Source: Vicinamibacterales bacterium
GTDB lineage: Bacteria > Acidobacteriota > Vicinamibacteria > Vicinamibacterales > UBA8438
Direction of reading: 5' to 3'
NCBI GenBank assembly: GCA_965206285.1
Contig: OZ242205.1
Coordinates: 4,255,887 to 4,319,886 of the forward strand
Length of the DNA stretch: 64,000 bases
Shown: piece by piece, positions 33,610-47,300 of the stretch
Numbering within the stretch: the first letter of the stretch is position 1
Layout: each line of letters opens with the position of its first letter
Notes under the pieces: generated by a model
The model's input: the letters and a program-made list of their open reading frames with translations, nothing else
Database searches by the model: none
Told to the model about the DNA's origin: nothing
Position numbers and translations under genes: made by a program

Positions 33610-33803
33610 TGAGCGACTGAACTGTCTTCCTCCAACTCGAGCGGGTAACAGAACCCTCGACACATTACCGGGCGAAGTGTCCGAGTCGGGTGCACGTCAG
33701 ATTCCCGTGTCTTGTTCCAACCCATGCATCGGCGTTACCATTCGGATAGACATATTTGCAGGCGCTTGTTAAGGCATTCAACAGATTTTGGTTCCGGTTG
33801 TCC

Positions 33804-34604
33804 ATGGGCAGGATTATCGCAATCGCCAATCAGAAGGGCGGCGTCGGCAAGACCACCACGGCCATCAATCTGGCGGCATCTCTGGCGATGGGCGAGCAGA
33901 AGGTGCTCCTCGTCGATCTCGATCCCCAGGCGAATCTCACGAGTGGACTCGGGCTCAGGGCGCACGTCGCCGGCCGTAGCATCTACCGGGCGCTGACATC
34001 GGAAATCGTTGCCCCGGAGGAGCTCGAGCTCGACACGCCGGTCACCGGCCTGCGGCTGATGCCGACCGATCACCATCTGACCGGCGCCGAGGTGGAGCTG
34101 GTGGGGCTGCCCCGGCGCGAGAGTCGATTGCGCCCGTTGCTGCGGGCGGCCGTAGAGCGGCACGACTATATCTTCATCGACACGCCCCCGTCTCTGGGGC
34201 TGCTGACTCTGAACGCTCTCGTGGCGGCGCATTCGGTTCTGATACCGCTCAACTGCGAGTACTTCGCGCTCGAGGGGATGACCGAGCTGATGGCGACGAT
34301 GAGCCGCGTGCAGGCCGGATTGAATCCGGAACTCAAGATCGAAGGCGTCCTGTTGACGATGTCGGACTCGCGGACGAGGTTGGGCCAGCAGGTAGCCGGC
34401 GATGTACGGGCGCATTTCAGGGAGAAGGTGTACCGGACGGTCATTCCCCGCAACGTGCGGCTGGGAGAGGCGCCGAGCCACGGTCTGCCGGCAATTCTCT
34501 ACGACGTCCGGTCGACGGGGGCTGAAGCGTACCTGGCCCTGGCGAACGAGATGCTGGGGTCCGAGCGCGTGACGGTCGGCCGCGGTTTCCCCGGGGCCGT
34601 CTAG
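33804..34604 (+). CDS. parA: chromosome partitioning ATPase ParA/Soj
   Basis: [39 protein letters not shown]. Confidence 0.96.
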   Translation: MGRIIAIANQKGGVGKTTTAINLAASLAMGEQKVLLVDLDPQANLTSGLGLRAHVAGRSIYRALTSEIVAPEELELDTPVTGLRLMPTDHHLTGAEVELVGLPRRESRLRPLLRAAVERHDYIFIDTPPSLGLLTLNALVAAHSVLIPLNCEYFALEGMTELMATMSRVQAGLNPELKIEGVLLTMSDSRTRLGQQVAGDVRAHFREKVYRTVIPRNVRLGEAPSHGLPAILYDVRSTGAEAYLALANEMLGSERVTVGRGFPGAV

Positions 34605-34802
34605 CAGCCCGTGGTGAAACCCCGCGTTGCACCGAGAGCGGCGAGTGCGCCCGCGGGCGAAGAGCGCCCGTGCCTGACAAGGCGTGAGGAGGGCGCATAT
34701 TGGGCATACGCAACCGCGGACTGCAAGCAGTCCGTCCGAACAACGCAGTCAGGCGGGATGCATCGCCGCTCGAATGCAGCGGGGACTTTCGCCACGGGCT
34801 GC
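34604..34802. mobile_element. MITE-like element (type 1), ~200 bp with TIRs, at the CTAG stop of parA
   Basis: Left GCAGCCCGTGGTGAAACCCCGC (34604-34625); right GCGGGGACTTTCGCCACGGGCTGC (34779-34802). Confidence 0.7.
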
Positions 34803-34991
34803 CGGGAGTCTGCCCGTCTGGACGGCGCCGCCTCCTGCAGGAGGCGCTGACTCGTCGCCGATCGAACGGGGCAGGGTTCGCCACGAGCCGGCGAGCGTTC
34901 CGGCGCCGGTAGCCGTCTCGATCCCATGCAGCGTTTCGCCACGAGGATGCCCCGAACGATCGAGACCGGACGCCGGGCAGGAGCGAGTTTC

Positions 34992-35873
34992 ATGGCCAAG
35001 ACACGACGTGCGCTCGGGCGTGGACTGAGCGCCCTCATTCCCGAGGCGGATCCGCAGCCTTCGGAGCAGTCGACCGAGGCGGATCTGGATCGGCTGATCC
35101 CCAACCGCTCCCAGCCCCGCACGGTTCTCGACGAACCGAAGCTCGAACAGCTTTCCCGCTCGATCCGCAGCAGCGGCGTCATACAGCCGATTGTGGTTCG
35201 GCCGGCCGAGGGAGACCGCTTCGAGATAATCGCGGGCGAGCGCAGATGGCGGGCGGCGCAGATGGCCGGTCTGCTCCGCGTACCGGTCGTGGTGCGCGAC
35301 GTGCCGGACGACAAGCTGTTGGAGATTGCTCTCATCGAGAACCTGCAACGCGAGGACCTCAATCCGATCGAAGAAGGAGAAGCCTACCGGCGGCTCATCC
35401 ATGAGCGCGAGATGACCCAGGAGAGCGTGGCCGAGGTGATCGGGAAAGACCGCGCCACGATCGCCAACTACGTCCGGCTCCTGCTGCTGCCGCCGGAGGT
35501 GCAGGCCGACGTCGCCGCGGGGGCGCTGGCCATGGGGCACGCCCGCGCCCTGTTGGGCCTGACCGATGCCGCCGCACAACGTCGCGCCGCCCGCGATGTC
35601 GTAGCCGCAAACCTCTCCGTGCGCGAGACCGAGGCGCTCGTCAAGAAGCTCGCGAACCCTCCGGAGTCAGCGCCCGGTCCGAAGGCGGCCACGGTCGACG
35701 TGCATATCCAGGCGGCGCAGGATCGGCTGCGCGTGGTTCTGGGCACGCGGGTTCGCATTCTCAGAAAGGGACGAAGGGGCCGAATCGAAATCGACTTCGG
35801 ATCGGAGGACGAGTTGCAGCGCCTCTTCGAGCATCTGACTACCGAGGCTCCCGGCTCCGCGCCCCGACCCTGA
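34992..35873 (+). CDS. parB: chromosome partitioning protein ParB
   Basis: ALGRGLSALI, IAGERRWRA, ENLQREDLNPIEE. Confidence 0.96.
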   Translation: MAKTRRALGRGLSALIPEADPQPSEQSTEADLDRLIPNRSQPRTVLDEPKLEQLSRSIRSSGVIQPIVVRPAEGDRFEIIAGERRWRAAQMAGLLRVPVVVRDVPDDKLLEIALIENLQREDLNPIEEGEAYRRLIHEREMTQESVAEVIGKDRATIANYVRLLLLPPEVQADVAAGALAMGHARALLGLTDAAAQRRAARDVVAANLSVRETEALVKKLANPPESAPGPKAATVDVHIQAAQDRLRVVLGTRVRILRKGRRGRIEIDFGSEDELQRLFEHLTTEAPGSAPRP

Positions 35874-36145
35874 CGAAGCGGACGAGACGTTCGCCCGGCT
35901 TCCGGATAGAGTCGTTTCGACGGCGGGCCGGCGCCGACGTGGCGCTGCCGGCGGTGGCGGTGCGGGCGGTCGGGTCCGGGAAGAGGCAACCACCGTGCAG
36001 GTGCCGCCGGGATGGCTACCATTGCCGGCCGAACCCGGCAATGGTAGAATAGGACGTTTGTCCGTTCAGAGCCGGGCTCTGACGGCGTGTCCCGGTGCCA
36101 TCGGCCACTTCCGCGCAGGGCGCGGAGGTCGGCGACCCGACCACT

Positions 36146-36694
36146 ATGACGAATCGTACGGCGGCAGTGCGTTACGCCCGAGCCCTCTTCGACGTCGGTC
36201 TCGAGAGCGGCGACCTCCGGCAGGCCGAATCCGATCTGGAACAGTTTGCCCGGCTCGTGAACGAGCACGAGACGTTGAGGCGGGTGCTCTTCGGGTCGGC
36301 GGTGCAGCCGCCGAAGAAGCGGGCCATCATCAACGATCTGCGCAACCGTCTGCGGGGGGGGGTGTCCCCGACCGTCACCCGTTTGCTGACGGTGCTCGCC
36401 GATCGCGGGCGTCTGGGGCTGCTGCCGGATATCGTGCGGTTCTACCGCGCTCGCGTGCTCGATCACCTCGGGGTCGTCGATGCGGAGGTCACCACCGCGC
36501 AGCCCCTCAGCCCGGACCAGGACGCCGCCATGCGGGAGCGCCTCGCCCGTGCGGGCGGCGGCGAAGTACGGGTAAACACGGTCGTCAATCCCGGCATTCT
36601 GGGCGGGGTGGTGACGCGAATCGGCTCGACGGTGTACGACGGCAGCGTCGCCCGGCACCTCGAACGAATGCGGCAGACCCTCCTCGAGCAATGA
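36146..36694 (+). CDS. atpH: ATP synthase F1 delta
   Basis: [25 protein letters not shown]. Confidence 0.93.
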   Translation: MTNRTAAVRYARALFDVGLESGDLRQAESDLEQFARLVNEHETLRRVLFGSAVQPPKKRAIINDLRNRLRGGVSPTVTRLLTVLADRGRLGLLPDIVRFYRARVLDHLGVVDAEVTTAQPLSPDQDAAMRERLARAGGGEVRVNTVVNPGILGGVVTRIGSTVYDGSVARHLERMRQTLLEQ

Positions 36695-36785
36695 AGCAAG
36701 GTACTCCAAAGGGGGAATTTCCCCTCGGCAACACGACGACGAGCTGCCGGAGACCGGACCCCCTATCAGAACGAGAGTTTCTGCG

Positions 36786-38315
36786 ATGACCATCAAGGCG
36801 GACGAGATAACGAAGATCATTCGCGAGCAGATTGGAAGCTACGACGTCGACGTCGACGTGGCGGAGGTCGGCACCGTGGTGTCGGTCGGAGACGGTATCG
36901 CCCAGATCGACGGCATAGAGCGGGTCATGGCCACCGAGATGCTCGAGTTTCCCCATGGGATCTTCGGCATGGCCCTCAACCTCGAAGAGCAGGGGGTCGG
37001 CGCGGTGCTGCTCGGCGAGAGCACCAAAATCAAGGAGGGCGACACCGTCAAGCGCACCGGTCGCATCATCTCCGTGCCGGTCGGAGAGGCGCTGCTCGGA
37101 CGGGTGGTCAACCCGCTTGGTCAGCCGGTGGACGGGAAGGGGCCCATCGCGGCGGCCGGCACCGCCCCGGTCGAGCGGATCGCCCCGGGCGTGGTCGACC
37201 GGCAGCCGGTGAAGCAGCCGCTTCAGACCGGTCTCAAGGCCATCGACGCGATGGTGCCGATCGGCCGCGGACAGCGGGAGCTGATCATCGGTGACCGGCA
37301 GACCGGCAAGACCGCGGTCGCCGTCGACACCATCCTGAACCAGCGCGGCAAGGACGTCGTCTGCATCTACAACGCCATCGGCCAGAAGCAGTCGACGATT
37401 GCCCAGGTCGTCAAGACCCTGGAGGACGCCGGTGCGATGGAGTTCACCATCGTGGTCGCGGCGGCCGCCGCCGACCCTGCGTCCCTGCTTTTTCTGAGCC
37501 CGTACGCCGCCTGCGCCATGGGCGAGCACTTCCGCGACAACGGCAAGCACGCGCTCTGCATCTACGACGACTTGTCGAAGCACGCCCAGGCCTACCGCGA
37601 GATCTCGCTGCTGCTGCGGCGCCCGCCGGGGCGCGAGGCGTATCCGGGCGACGTGTTCTACCTGCATTCGCGCCTGCTGGAGCGGGCCGCGATGATGCGG
37701 GACGAGCTCGGGGCGGGCTCCCTGACCGCGCTCCCGGTCATCGAGACCCAGGCCGGCGACCTGTCCGCGTACATTCCGACCAACGTCATCTCGATTACCG
37801 ACGGGCAGATCTTCCTCGAATCGGATCTCTTCCACCAGGGCGTTCGCCCTGCGATCAACGTCGGCAACTCGGTGTCCCGGGTCGGCGGGTCGGCGCAGGT
37901 GAAGGCGATGCGTCAGGTGGCCGGCACGTTGAGGCTCGATCTGGCGCAGTTCCGTGAGCTGGCGGCATTCGCCCAGTTCGCCAGCGATCTGGACAAGTCG
38001 ACCCAGGATCAGCTCAATCGCGGCAAGCGGCTGGTCGAGATCCTGAAGCAGGGCCAGTACGCGCCGCTGCCGGTCGAACGGCAGGTCCTGATCGTGTACG
38101 CCGGAACCAACGGCCATCTCGACGCGGTCGACGAGGGCCACGTCGGCCAGTACGAGACGGAGCTGTACCAGTTCGTCGAGGCGCGGGAGCCGGCGCTCTT
38201 TGCCGATCTCGCGGAGCGGGCCGTGATCGACGACGACCTCAAGCCGCGCATCATCGCCATTCTCAAGGAATTCACCGAGCAGTTCATTGCCGCCCGCAAG
38301 ACCGCGGCGGCCTGA
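36786..38315 (+). CDS. atpA: ATP synthase F1 alpha
   Basis: [29 protein letters not shown]. Confidence 0.98.
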   Translation: MTIKADEITKIIREQIGSYDVDVDVAEVGTVVSVGDGIAQIDGIERVMATEMLEFPHGIFGMALNLEEQGVGAVLLGESTKIKEGDTVKRTGRIISVPVGEALLGRVVNPLGQPVDGKGPIAAAGTAPVERIAPGVVDRQPVKQPLQTGLKAIDAMVPIGRGQRELIIGDRQTGKTAVAVDTILNQRGKDVVCIYNAIGQKQSTIAQVVKTLEDAGAMEFTIVVAAAAADPASLLFLSPYAACAMGEHFRDNGKHALCIYDDLSKHAQAYREISLLLRRPPGREAYPGDVFYLHSRLLERAAMMRDELGAGSLTALPVIETQAGDLSAYIPTNVISITDGQIFLESDLFHQGVRPAINVGNSVSRVGGSAQVKAMRQVAGTLRLDLAQFRELAAFAQFASDLDKSTQDQLNRGKRLVEILKQGQYAPLPVERQVLIVYAGTNGHLDAVDEGHVGQYETELYQFVEAREPALFADLAERAVIDDDLKPRIIAILKEFTEQFIAARKTAAA

Positions 38316-38362
38316 CGCCACCATCGAGCGCCCCCTGGCCCCAGCCCGAGAGCAGCCATCCA

Positions 38363-39235
38363 GTGCCTTCTCTTCTCGACCTTCGCAGACGCATTCGCGC
38401 GGTCAAGTCGACGCAGCAGATCACCAAGGCCATGAAGGCGATTGCCGCCTCCCGGCTTCGCAGGGCGCAGGATCGGATTCTGGCCGCCCGGCCGTTCGCG
38501 ATCCAGATGCAACGCGTGCTCAGCGGCCTCGCCGCCCACGTCGACACCGCCGCGCACCCGCTGCTGGCCCGGCGTGACCCGGACGCCCCGTCCCGTCCGA
38601 CGCTGCTGGTGGTGGTCACCGCGGACAAGGGGCTGTGCGGGGGGTTCAACACCAACATCATCAAGGAGGCCGGCGGCGTGATTGCGGCGAGCTCGGGCTC
38701 GGGCGTCACGTTGGGACTGGCTGGCCGCAAGGGCCGGGATTTCTTCGGGAAACGGGGGTTCGACGTCCGTTTCGAGCTCGTCAACATCTTCTCGCAGTTG
38801 CAGTACGGTCATGCGCAGGCGATCGCCCGCGAGGCGGTCGCGGCGTTCACGCGGGACGAAGTCGACAGCGTGAAGCTCGTCTACAACGAGTTCAAGAGCG
38901 TGCTGCAACAGCGGGTGGTGGTGGATCAGGTGTTGCCGATCCAACCGATCGAGCCCGCGAGCGGCGAGGCCGAGCATTTGCCGGACTACCTCTACGAGCC
39001 GGCGCCGGCGGCCATCTTCGACTCGCTGATTCCCCGGCACGTCGAGATTCAGTTCTGGCGGGCGCTGCTCGAATCGGCGGCGGCCGAGCACGCGGCGCGG
39101 TTGACGGCCATGGATGCGGCCAGCAAGAACGCGACGGAGATGATCGAGGATCTGACGCTCTACATGAACAAGGTGCGCCAAGCCACGATTACCCGAGAGA
39201 TCATAGAAGTGGTGTCCGGCGCCGAGGCGCTGTAG
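38363..39235 (+). CDS. atpG: ATP synthase F1 gamma
   Basis: QITKAMK, DKGLCGGFN, NKVRQATITREIIE. Confidence 0.97.
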   Translation: MPSLLDLRRRIRAVKSTQQITKAMKAIAASRLRRAQDRILAARPFAIQMQRVLSGLAAHVDTAAHPLLARRDPDAPSRPTLLVVVTADKGLCGGFNTNIIKEAGGVIAASSGSGVTLGLAGRKGRDFFGKRGFDVRFELVNIFSQLQYGHAQAIAREAVAAFTRDEVDSVKLVYNEFKSVLQQRVVVDQVLPIQPIEPASGEAEHLPDYLYEPAPAAIFDSLIPRHVEIQFWRALLESAAAEHAARLTAMDAASKNATEMIEDLTLYMNKVRQATITREIIEVVSGAEAL

Positions 39236-40791
<1,556 letters not shown>

Positions 40792-40792
<1 letters not shown>

Positions 40793-41211
40793 TGGCCATT
40801 CCCGATCATCTGACGCTGGAGATCGTCACCCCCGATCGTTCGGTCGCCCACGGTGAGGTCGACGAGGTGGTGGTGCCGGGCTCCGAAGGCTCGTTCGGCG
40901 TGCTGCCGGGCCATACGCCGATGCTGGCCACCCTCACGGTCGGCGAGATCGAGTATCGCAGGGGCAACGAGACGTCGTACGCCGCGGTGTCGTTCGGGTT
41001 TGCCGAGGTCCTTCCCGATCGCGTCACGATCCTCGCCCAGATCGCCGAGGTGGGTGACGAAATCGACGTGACCCGAGCCGAGGCCGCCGTGAAGCGGGCG
41101 CGGGAGCGGCTCGCCCGGCCGGCGGTGGAGCTGGACTACGAGCGGGCTCGACTGTCGCTGTTGAAATCGCTGGTTCGGCTCCAGGTGGCCGAGAGAAGCC
41201 GGCATCGCTAG
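40792..41211 (+). CDS. atpC: ATP synthase F1 epsilon
   Basis: LEIVTPDR, GVLPGHTPM, C-terminal helices. Confidence 0.95.
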
Positions 41212-41213
41212 GA

Positions 41214-41296
41214 GCCCACGGTGAAACCCCTTCCGACGCGACCGCAAGGTCGCGCCAAGTGCCCGTGCGGGGCCCGCGGGGTTTCTTGCCACGGGC
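41214..41296. mobile_element. MITE-like element (type 1, short copy) after the atpC CTAG stop
   Basis: GCCCACGGTGAAACCCC ... GGGGTTTCTTGCCACGGGC with internal hairpin GCGACC-GCAA-GGTCGC. Confidence 0.55.
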
Positions 41297-41353
41297 AGTT
41301 GGGCGGTTCCTGCTGTCGTACCGGCGATACGCCGTGAGAATGGACAGGACCTC

Positions 41354-42121
41354 ATGCCCGTCTCTTCCGGTTCGGCCACGGACAAGGGCCTTCGGCGGTC
41401 GGAAAACGAAGACAACCTGTTGGTCCGGGACGACCTGGGGCTGTTCGTCGTCGCTGACGGCATGGGGGGACACGCCGCCGGCGAGATAGCATCCCAGGTG
41501 GCCGTCGAGGGAATCGGCGCGTTCGTCGAGGCCACCGTCACGATGTCGCCCGACCAGCCCTGGCCGGTTCCGTTCGATACCCGGGAGAGCGTCAACGCGA
41601 ACCGGCTGCGGGCGGCGTTCTGCACGGCGAACGGCCGGCTCGCGGCGCAGGTCGCCTCATCGCGGGAGCTCCGCGGCATGGCGACCACGGCGGTGGCGAT
41701 GCTGGTCGACGAGGACGCCGCCTCGCTGGCCCATGTCGGCGACAGCCGGGCCTATCTGCTGCGGCACGGACAGCTCTCGCGGCTCACCCGGGATCATTCC
41801 TGGGTGGAAGAACAGATTCGAGCCGGCGCGTTGAGCGAGGCGGCGGCGCGCCGGCATCCCTGGCGCAACGTGGTCACGCGGGCGTTGTCCGGGGCCGCCG
41901 ATCTCGATGTCGAGATCCAGGAGCTGCGACCGGAGCCGCGCGACCGTGTCCTGCTGTGTACGGACGGAATCTTCTCGGTGCTCACCGACGACCGGATCGG
42001 CGAGGTCCTGGGGCGGGACGCCGGCCTCGACGGTCTGTGTAAAATCCTCATCGAGGAGACCAACGATGGAGGAGGGCCCGACAACGCGACCGCCGTCGTG
42101 ATCGAGTTCGATGCTCGCTAA
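41354..42121 (+). CDS. PP2C-family Ser/Thr protein phosphatase
   Basis: ENED, VADGMGGHAAG, HVGDSRAY, CTDG, GGPDN. Confidence 0.93.
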   Translation: MPVSSGSATDKGLRRSENEDNLLVRDDLGLFVVADGMGGHAAGEIASQVAVEGIGAFVEATVTMSPDQPWPVPFDTRESVNANRLRAAFCTANGRLAAQVASSRELRGMATTAVAMLVDEDAASLAHVGDSRAYLLRHGQLSRLTRDHSWVEEQIRAGALSEAAARRHPWRNVVTRALSGAADLDVEIQELRPEPRDRVLLCTDGIFSVLTDDRIGEVLGRDAGLDGLCKILIEETNDGGGPDNATAVVIEFDAR

Positions 42122-42905
42122 CCTCATCCGGTTGTTCCGCTATCGAGGTCTCGTCCAGATCCTGGTGGCCCGGGAGCTCAAGGCTCGCTATCGCGGGTCG
42201 GTGCTCGGGTTCTTCTGGTCCTTTGCCAACCCGCTCCTGCTCCTGCTCGTCTACTCGTTCGTCTTCACCCGCATCATCGATCGGGGCGATCTCGCCGACC
42301 TGGAGCCCTACGCGGTCTTCCTGTTCTGCGGCCTCCTGCCCTGGACGTGGTTCTCCGCGTCCCTCAACGAGAGCGCCAACATCCTCATCGTGAACGGCAA
42401 CCTGATCAAGAAGGTCGTGTTCCCCGTCGAGATCCTCCCGGTGGTGGCGGTGTTGTCGAACCTGTGCCATTTCGTCTTCGGACTGCCGATCCTGTTCGGC
42501 TTTCTCGCGTACTACGGGGTTCCGCTGCGTCTCACCGAGCTGATCTGGTTTCCGGCGGTGGTGGCGGTTCAGCTCTGTCTGACCCTCGGGCTGTCGATGA
42601 TCCTGGCCGCGTTGACGGTGCATTTCCGCGACGTCAAGGACCTGTTGGCGAACGCACTGACCCTGTGGTTCTTCGCCTCCCCGATTCTCTACGAGATGTC
42701 GGCGGTGCCGCCGGAGGCCAGGGCGGTCATGGCGCTGAACCCGTTCGCGCACCTCGCGATTTCGTATCAGGAGATCCTGTTCCACGAAGGACCGTTCGGC
42801 CACTGGAAGTGGCTGCTCGCGGTAGCCGGAGGCAGCGGTGGGCTGTTCCTGCTCGGCTACTGGTTCTTCGATCGGCTGCGCGACTCGTTTGCGGAGGAGG
42901 TCTAG
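42111..42905 (+). CDS. ABC-2 polysaccharide export permease (Wzm-like)
   Basis: RELKARYRGSVLGFFWS, LIKKVVFP, LNP. Confidence 0.9.
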   Translation: MLANLIRLFRYRGLVQILVARELKARYRGSVLGFFWSFANPLLLLLVYSFVFTRIIDRGDLADLEPYAVFLFCGLLPWTWFSASLNESANILIVNGNLIKKVVFPVEILPVVAVLSNLCHFVFGLPILFGFLAYYGVPLRLTELIWFPAVVAVQLCLTLGLSMILAALTVHFRDVKDLLANALTLWFFASPILYEMSAVPPEARAVMALNPFAHLAISYQEILFHEGPFGHWKWLLAVAGGSGGLFLLGYWFFDRLRDSFAEEV

Positions 42906-44336
42906 GTGTCGTCCGCGATCACGCTCGAACAGGTCTCGAAGGTGTATCGCAGGTACGGGTACGAGCGCCGGTTTGCGACCCTGAAGAGTGCGCTGCTGAC
43001 CGGCAGCCTGGTTCGGCATCTGAGCCCGAGAGAGTCGTTCCGGGCCTTGGACGACGTGTCGTTGACGGTCGAAGCGGGCATGACCTGCGGCATCATCGGG
43101 CGCAACGGCTCCGGGAAGAGCACCCTGCTGAAGCTGGTCGCCGGCATCACCAGGCCGACCAGCGGCCAGGTGCGGGTCGGCGGCCGGGTGTCGGCCCTGA
43201 TCGAGCTGGGCGCGGGCTTCCATCCGGAGATCAGCGGCCGCGAGAACGTGTTCATCAACGGCGTGATGCTGGGGATGTCCCGCCGCGAGATCGACCGGCG
43301 CTTCCAGGAGATCGTCGAATTCGCCGAGATCGAGGACTTCATCGATGCGCCGGTCAAGACCTACTCCTCCGGCATGTACCTGAGGCTCGGGTTCGCCGTG
43401 GCCGTGCACGTCGATCCCGAGGTCCTGATCGTGGACGAAGTGCTGGCGGTCGGCGACGAGGGTTTCAGCCTGAAGTGCCTGGACAAGTTCGCGGAGTTCA
43501 AGCGCCGCGGCAAGACGATCCTGTTCGTTTCCCACTCGCTCTCGATGGTCGAGCGCTTCTGTGACGAGGCAGTGTGGCTCGATGTCGGGCGGAAGCGGAT
43601 GGTCGGCGACCCGAAACGGGTCGTGCAGATGTATCTGTCGGACGTCGCGCAGGCCGAGGACGCACATCTCGCGGCCGAAGACGCCAGGGCGCAGCAGACC
43701 ACGGCGCCGTCCGGCCCTCCGCCGCCCGCCGATCGGGAAGCGGCCGGGGGCGCGTCCCTCGACGCGGCGGTTACTCCGCCTGACGCACCGGCGCCAGCGG
43801 CGGAAGCCCCGGACGAGGAGGCACCGGCGCCGGCGCCGGATGTCCCGGACGATCAGCCGCCGGCCGACATGTTCAAGGCGCGGGAGGGGCGGTGGGGGTC
43901 CGGGGCGGTGCGGATCGAGCAGGTGACCCTCGAAGGCCGCGACGGCGCCGCGCATGTGTTCCGCAGCGGGGAACCGATGACCATTCGCATGCAGGTGGTC
44001 GCCGATCGGCCGGTCGCCGATTTCGCCTTCGGCATCAGTATCTTCAGTACCGACGGGGTCTGCTGCTACGGCACGAACACCCACCTCGAGGAGCTGGAGT
44101 CCAATCGGTTCGACGGCGCCGGGGAAGTGGCCTTCGCCATCGACCGCCTGGACCTGGTCGAGGGTACCTACAAGGTCGACGTAGCCGTGCACAAGCAGGA
44201 CGGCTTCTCGTACGACTATCATCGTCTGCTCCACACGTTCCGGGTGAAGTCCAGCACCCGGGACGTCGGCATCTATCGTCCTCGACACGCATGGCAGTTC
44301 AGCGAGAACATACGCTTCAAGCCGCTTCAGACATGA
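42906..44336 (+). CDS. ABC polysaccharide export ATPase with C-terminal Wzt-C domain
   Basis: GRNGSGKST, YSSGM, DEVLAVGD, Pro/Ala linker, RWGSG-starting C-domain. Confidence 0.9.
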   Translation: MSSAITLEQVSKVYRRYGYERRFATLKSALLTGSLVRHLSPRESFRALDDVSLTVEAGMTCGIIGRNGSGKSTLLKLVAGITRPTSGQVRVGGRVSALIELGAGFHPEISGRENVFINGVMLGMSRREIDRRFQEIVEFAEIEDFIDAPVKTYSSGMYLRLGFAVAVHVDPEVLIVDEVLAVGDEGFSLKCLDKFAEFKRRGKTILFVSHSLSMVERFCDEAVWLDVGRKRMVGDPKRVVQMYLSDVAQAEDAHLAAEDARAQQTTAPSGPPPPADREAAGGASLDAAVTPPDAPAPAAEAPDEEAPAPAPDVPDDQPPADMFKAREGRWGSGAVRIEQVTLEGRDGAAHVFRSGEPMTIRMQVVADRPVADFAFGISIFSTDGVCCYGTNTHLEELESNRFDGAGEVAFAIDRLDLVEGTYKVDVAVHKQDGFSYDYHRLLHTFRVKSSTRDVGIYRPRHAWQFSENIRFKPLQT

Positions 44337-44394
44337 TACGGACCACGGCCGCGTCAGCGCTCTTCCGCGGCGGATCCCGGTCTCGGGTCCAGGG

Positions 44395-47300
44395 TTGCCG
44401 CCGGTGACCGGTACGTCGCTGACCCTCCAGGCGGAGCTGCGGACGGCGGCCGCCCGCGCCGGGCTGGGTGGCGCCGCGCAGTCCCTCTCCGGACTGTCGG
44501 AGGCCGCCAAGGGATTCGCGGTGGCCGCCGCGGCGACCGAGGCGCCGGTGATCGTCATCGTCCCGCGCGCCGCCGACGTCGAGCAGATGGTGGCCGACAC
44601 CAGCTTCTTTCTCGGCAATCTGACCGCCACCTCGGAGCACGAGCTGCGCCAGCACGTCCTGCCGTTCCCGTCCCACGAGGTCGATCCCTATCGCGGGCTC
44701 GCCCCCCACTTCGATATCGTCGCCGCGCGGGGGCGGGCCCTCTACGGGCTCGCGTCCGGCACGGTCCGGGTCCTGGTGGCCGCGGCGGCGGCGCTCCTGC
44801 CCCGGGTGAGTCCGCCGGATCGACTCCTCGCGGCCGGATCCCGACTGATTGCAGGCGCGTTCCTGGAGCCCCCGGACCTGGGCGATCTGCTGGCCGATGC
44901 CGGATTCATCCCCGAGGATCCGGTGGATGGGCACGGCCAGTTCTGCGTGCGCGGCGGCGTCGTGGATTTCTTCCCGGCCGGAGACGAGCACCCGATCCGG
45001 GCGGAGTTCGCCGGCGACAGCCTCGAGTCGCTGCGGCGTTTCGATCCGGCCACGCAACGCTCGACGGAAACGCTCGACCAGGCGGAGATCTTCCCGTTGC
45101 GGGAGCTCTTCGAACCGGTTCCCGGCAACGGTTCCCCGAGCGCCGACCCGGATCGATCCGCCTGGCTTCGCGACTATCTGCGGCGTCTGCCCGGCGTCCG
45201 GGTCTACCTGTCCGAGAGCGAGGACGCGCGGGCGGCCGTCGAGTCACGGATCGAGCAGGCGGCCGGCAGCTTCGCGGCTGCGGAGGCGCAGGGCGACCCC
45301 GTGCTCCCGCCGGAAGAGCTGCTGGTCGAGTGGCCGGTCCTCGAGGACTGGCTCGCGTCGGTCCCGCGGCTGGAGCAGTTGGGGGAAGACCGGGAAGCAG
45401 CGTCCGGGACACGCCACGTGGCGTGCCAGCCGGTGGTCGAGATGCACGGGCGGATCGGAGACTGGGCGGCCGAGATCGCCCGGTGCCGCGAACGGGGCGA
45501 TACGACGCTCCTGGTCGCCGGGACCCCCGGCCGGGCCGAGCGGGTCATCGAGCTGCTCGCGGACTACGACCTCACCGCCCGCTCGATCGATCAGGCGGAC
45601 GAGACCCACGGGGCCGCGCTGCTGGTGGCGACCGGCCAGCTCACCCGCGGATTTCGGTTGCCGGACGCCGGCCTGCAGATCTTCGCCGAACCGGACGTCT
45701 TCGACGAGGAACGCCGGGTTCGAGAGCGCCGGGCCGGTCCCGCCCGGTCGTTCCTCTCCGATTTTCGCGACCTGAAGGCCGGGGATCGGGTCGTCCACGT
45801 CGACCACGGGGTGGGGGTCTTCGTCGGCCTGAAGCAGATTCCCGTCGGACTCGAGCACCACGAGTTCATGGAGCTGCGCTACGGCGGGCAGGACAAGCTG
45901 TACGTTCCGGTGCAGCAGATCGATCTGCTGCAGAAGTACTCCGGGCCCGCGAAGTCCCTCGACCGGCTCGGCGGCGCCAGTTGGGCCAAGACCAAGACCC
46001 GGGTCCGTCGCGCGATGCGCGACATGGCCGAGGAGCTCCTGAAGCTGTACGCCGCCCGCAAGGCGATGCCGGGACACCCGTTCAGCCCGGATGCCCACTG
46101 GCATCGCGAGTTCCACGACGCGTTCGAGTACGAGCTCACGAAGGATCAGCAGATCGCCATTGCCGACATCCGCAAGGACATGGAGTCGACGGTGGCGATG
46201 GACCGGTTGCTCTGCGGCGACGTCGGATACGGCAAGACGGAAGTCGCGATGCGGGCCGCGTTCAAGGCGGTGATGGACGGCAAGCAGGTCGGCTTCCTGG
46301 CCCCGACCACGGTCCTGTCGTTCCAGCACTACAAGACCCTGACGGACCGATTCGCGGCGTTTCCGGTCCGCATCGACCTCGTCAGCCGGTTCCGGACGCG
46401 GGCCGAGCAGAAGCAGACCCTGACCGATCTCGTGGCCGGCAAGGTGGACATCATCGTCGGCACCCACCGGCTGCTCTCGAAGGACGTGCGGTTCAGCGAC
46501 CTCGGGCTTCTGATCGTCGACGAAGAGCAGCGGTTCGGCGTGGCCCACAAGGAACGCATCAAGCAACTGCGCCGGCGGGTCGACGTGTTGACCATGACCG
46601 CGACCCCGATTCCCCGCACGCTGAACATGTCGCTCGCCGGCATCCGGGACATGTCGGTCATCGAGACGCCGCCGAAGGACCGCCAGTCGATACAGACCAA
46701 CGTCGTGCGCTTCGACCAGCAGGTCATCGTCCGCGCCATTCGCACGGAGCTCGAACGGGGAGGGCAGGTCTACTTCCTGCACAGCCGCGTGACCTCCATC
46801 TACGCCATGGGAGACTTCCTGACCCGGCTCCTCCCGGAGGCGCGTCTCACGATCGCCCATGGGCAGATGGAGGAGGGCGCGCTCGAACGGTGCATGGTGG
46901 ACTTCGTGCAACACAAGTACGACGTGTTGCTGGCGACGACCATCATCGAGAACGGTCTCGACATTCCCAACGCGAATACCATCATCGTGAATCAGGCCGA
47001 GCGGTTCGGGCTCGCCCAGCTCTATCAGTTGCGCGGGCGGGTCGGGCGTTCCGACCGCCGGGCGTACGCCTACCTGCTGGTGCCGCCGGAGGGATCGCTC
47101 TCCCCGGTGGCGCGCCAGCGGCTGGCCGCCATCCGCGAGTTCAGCGACCTCGGCAGCGGGTTCCGCATCGCTGCCCTCGACCTCGAGATCCGGGGGGCCG
47201 GGAATCTGCTCGGCGGCGAGCAGAGCGGTCACATCGAGTCGGTCGGGTTCGACATGTACGTCAAGCTGCTCGATGAGACGGTTCGCGAATTGAAGGGCGA

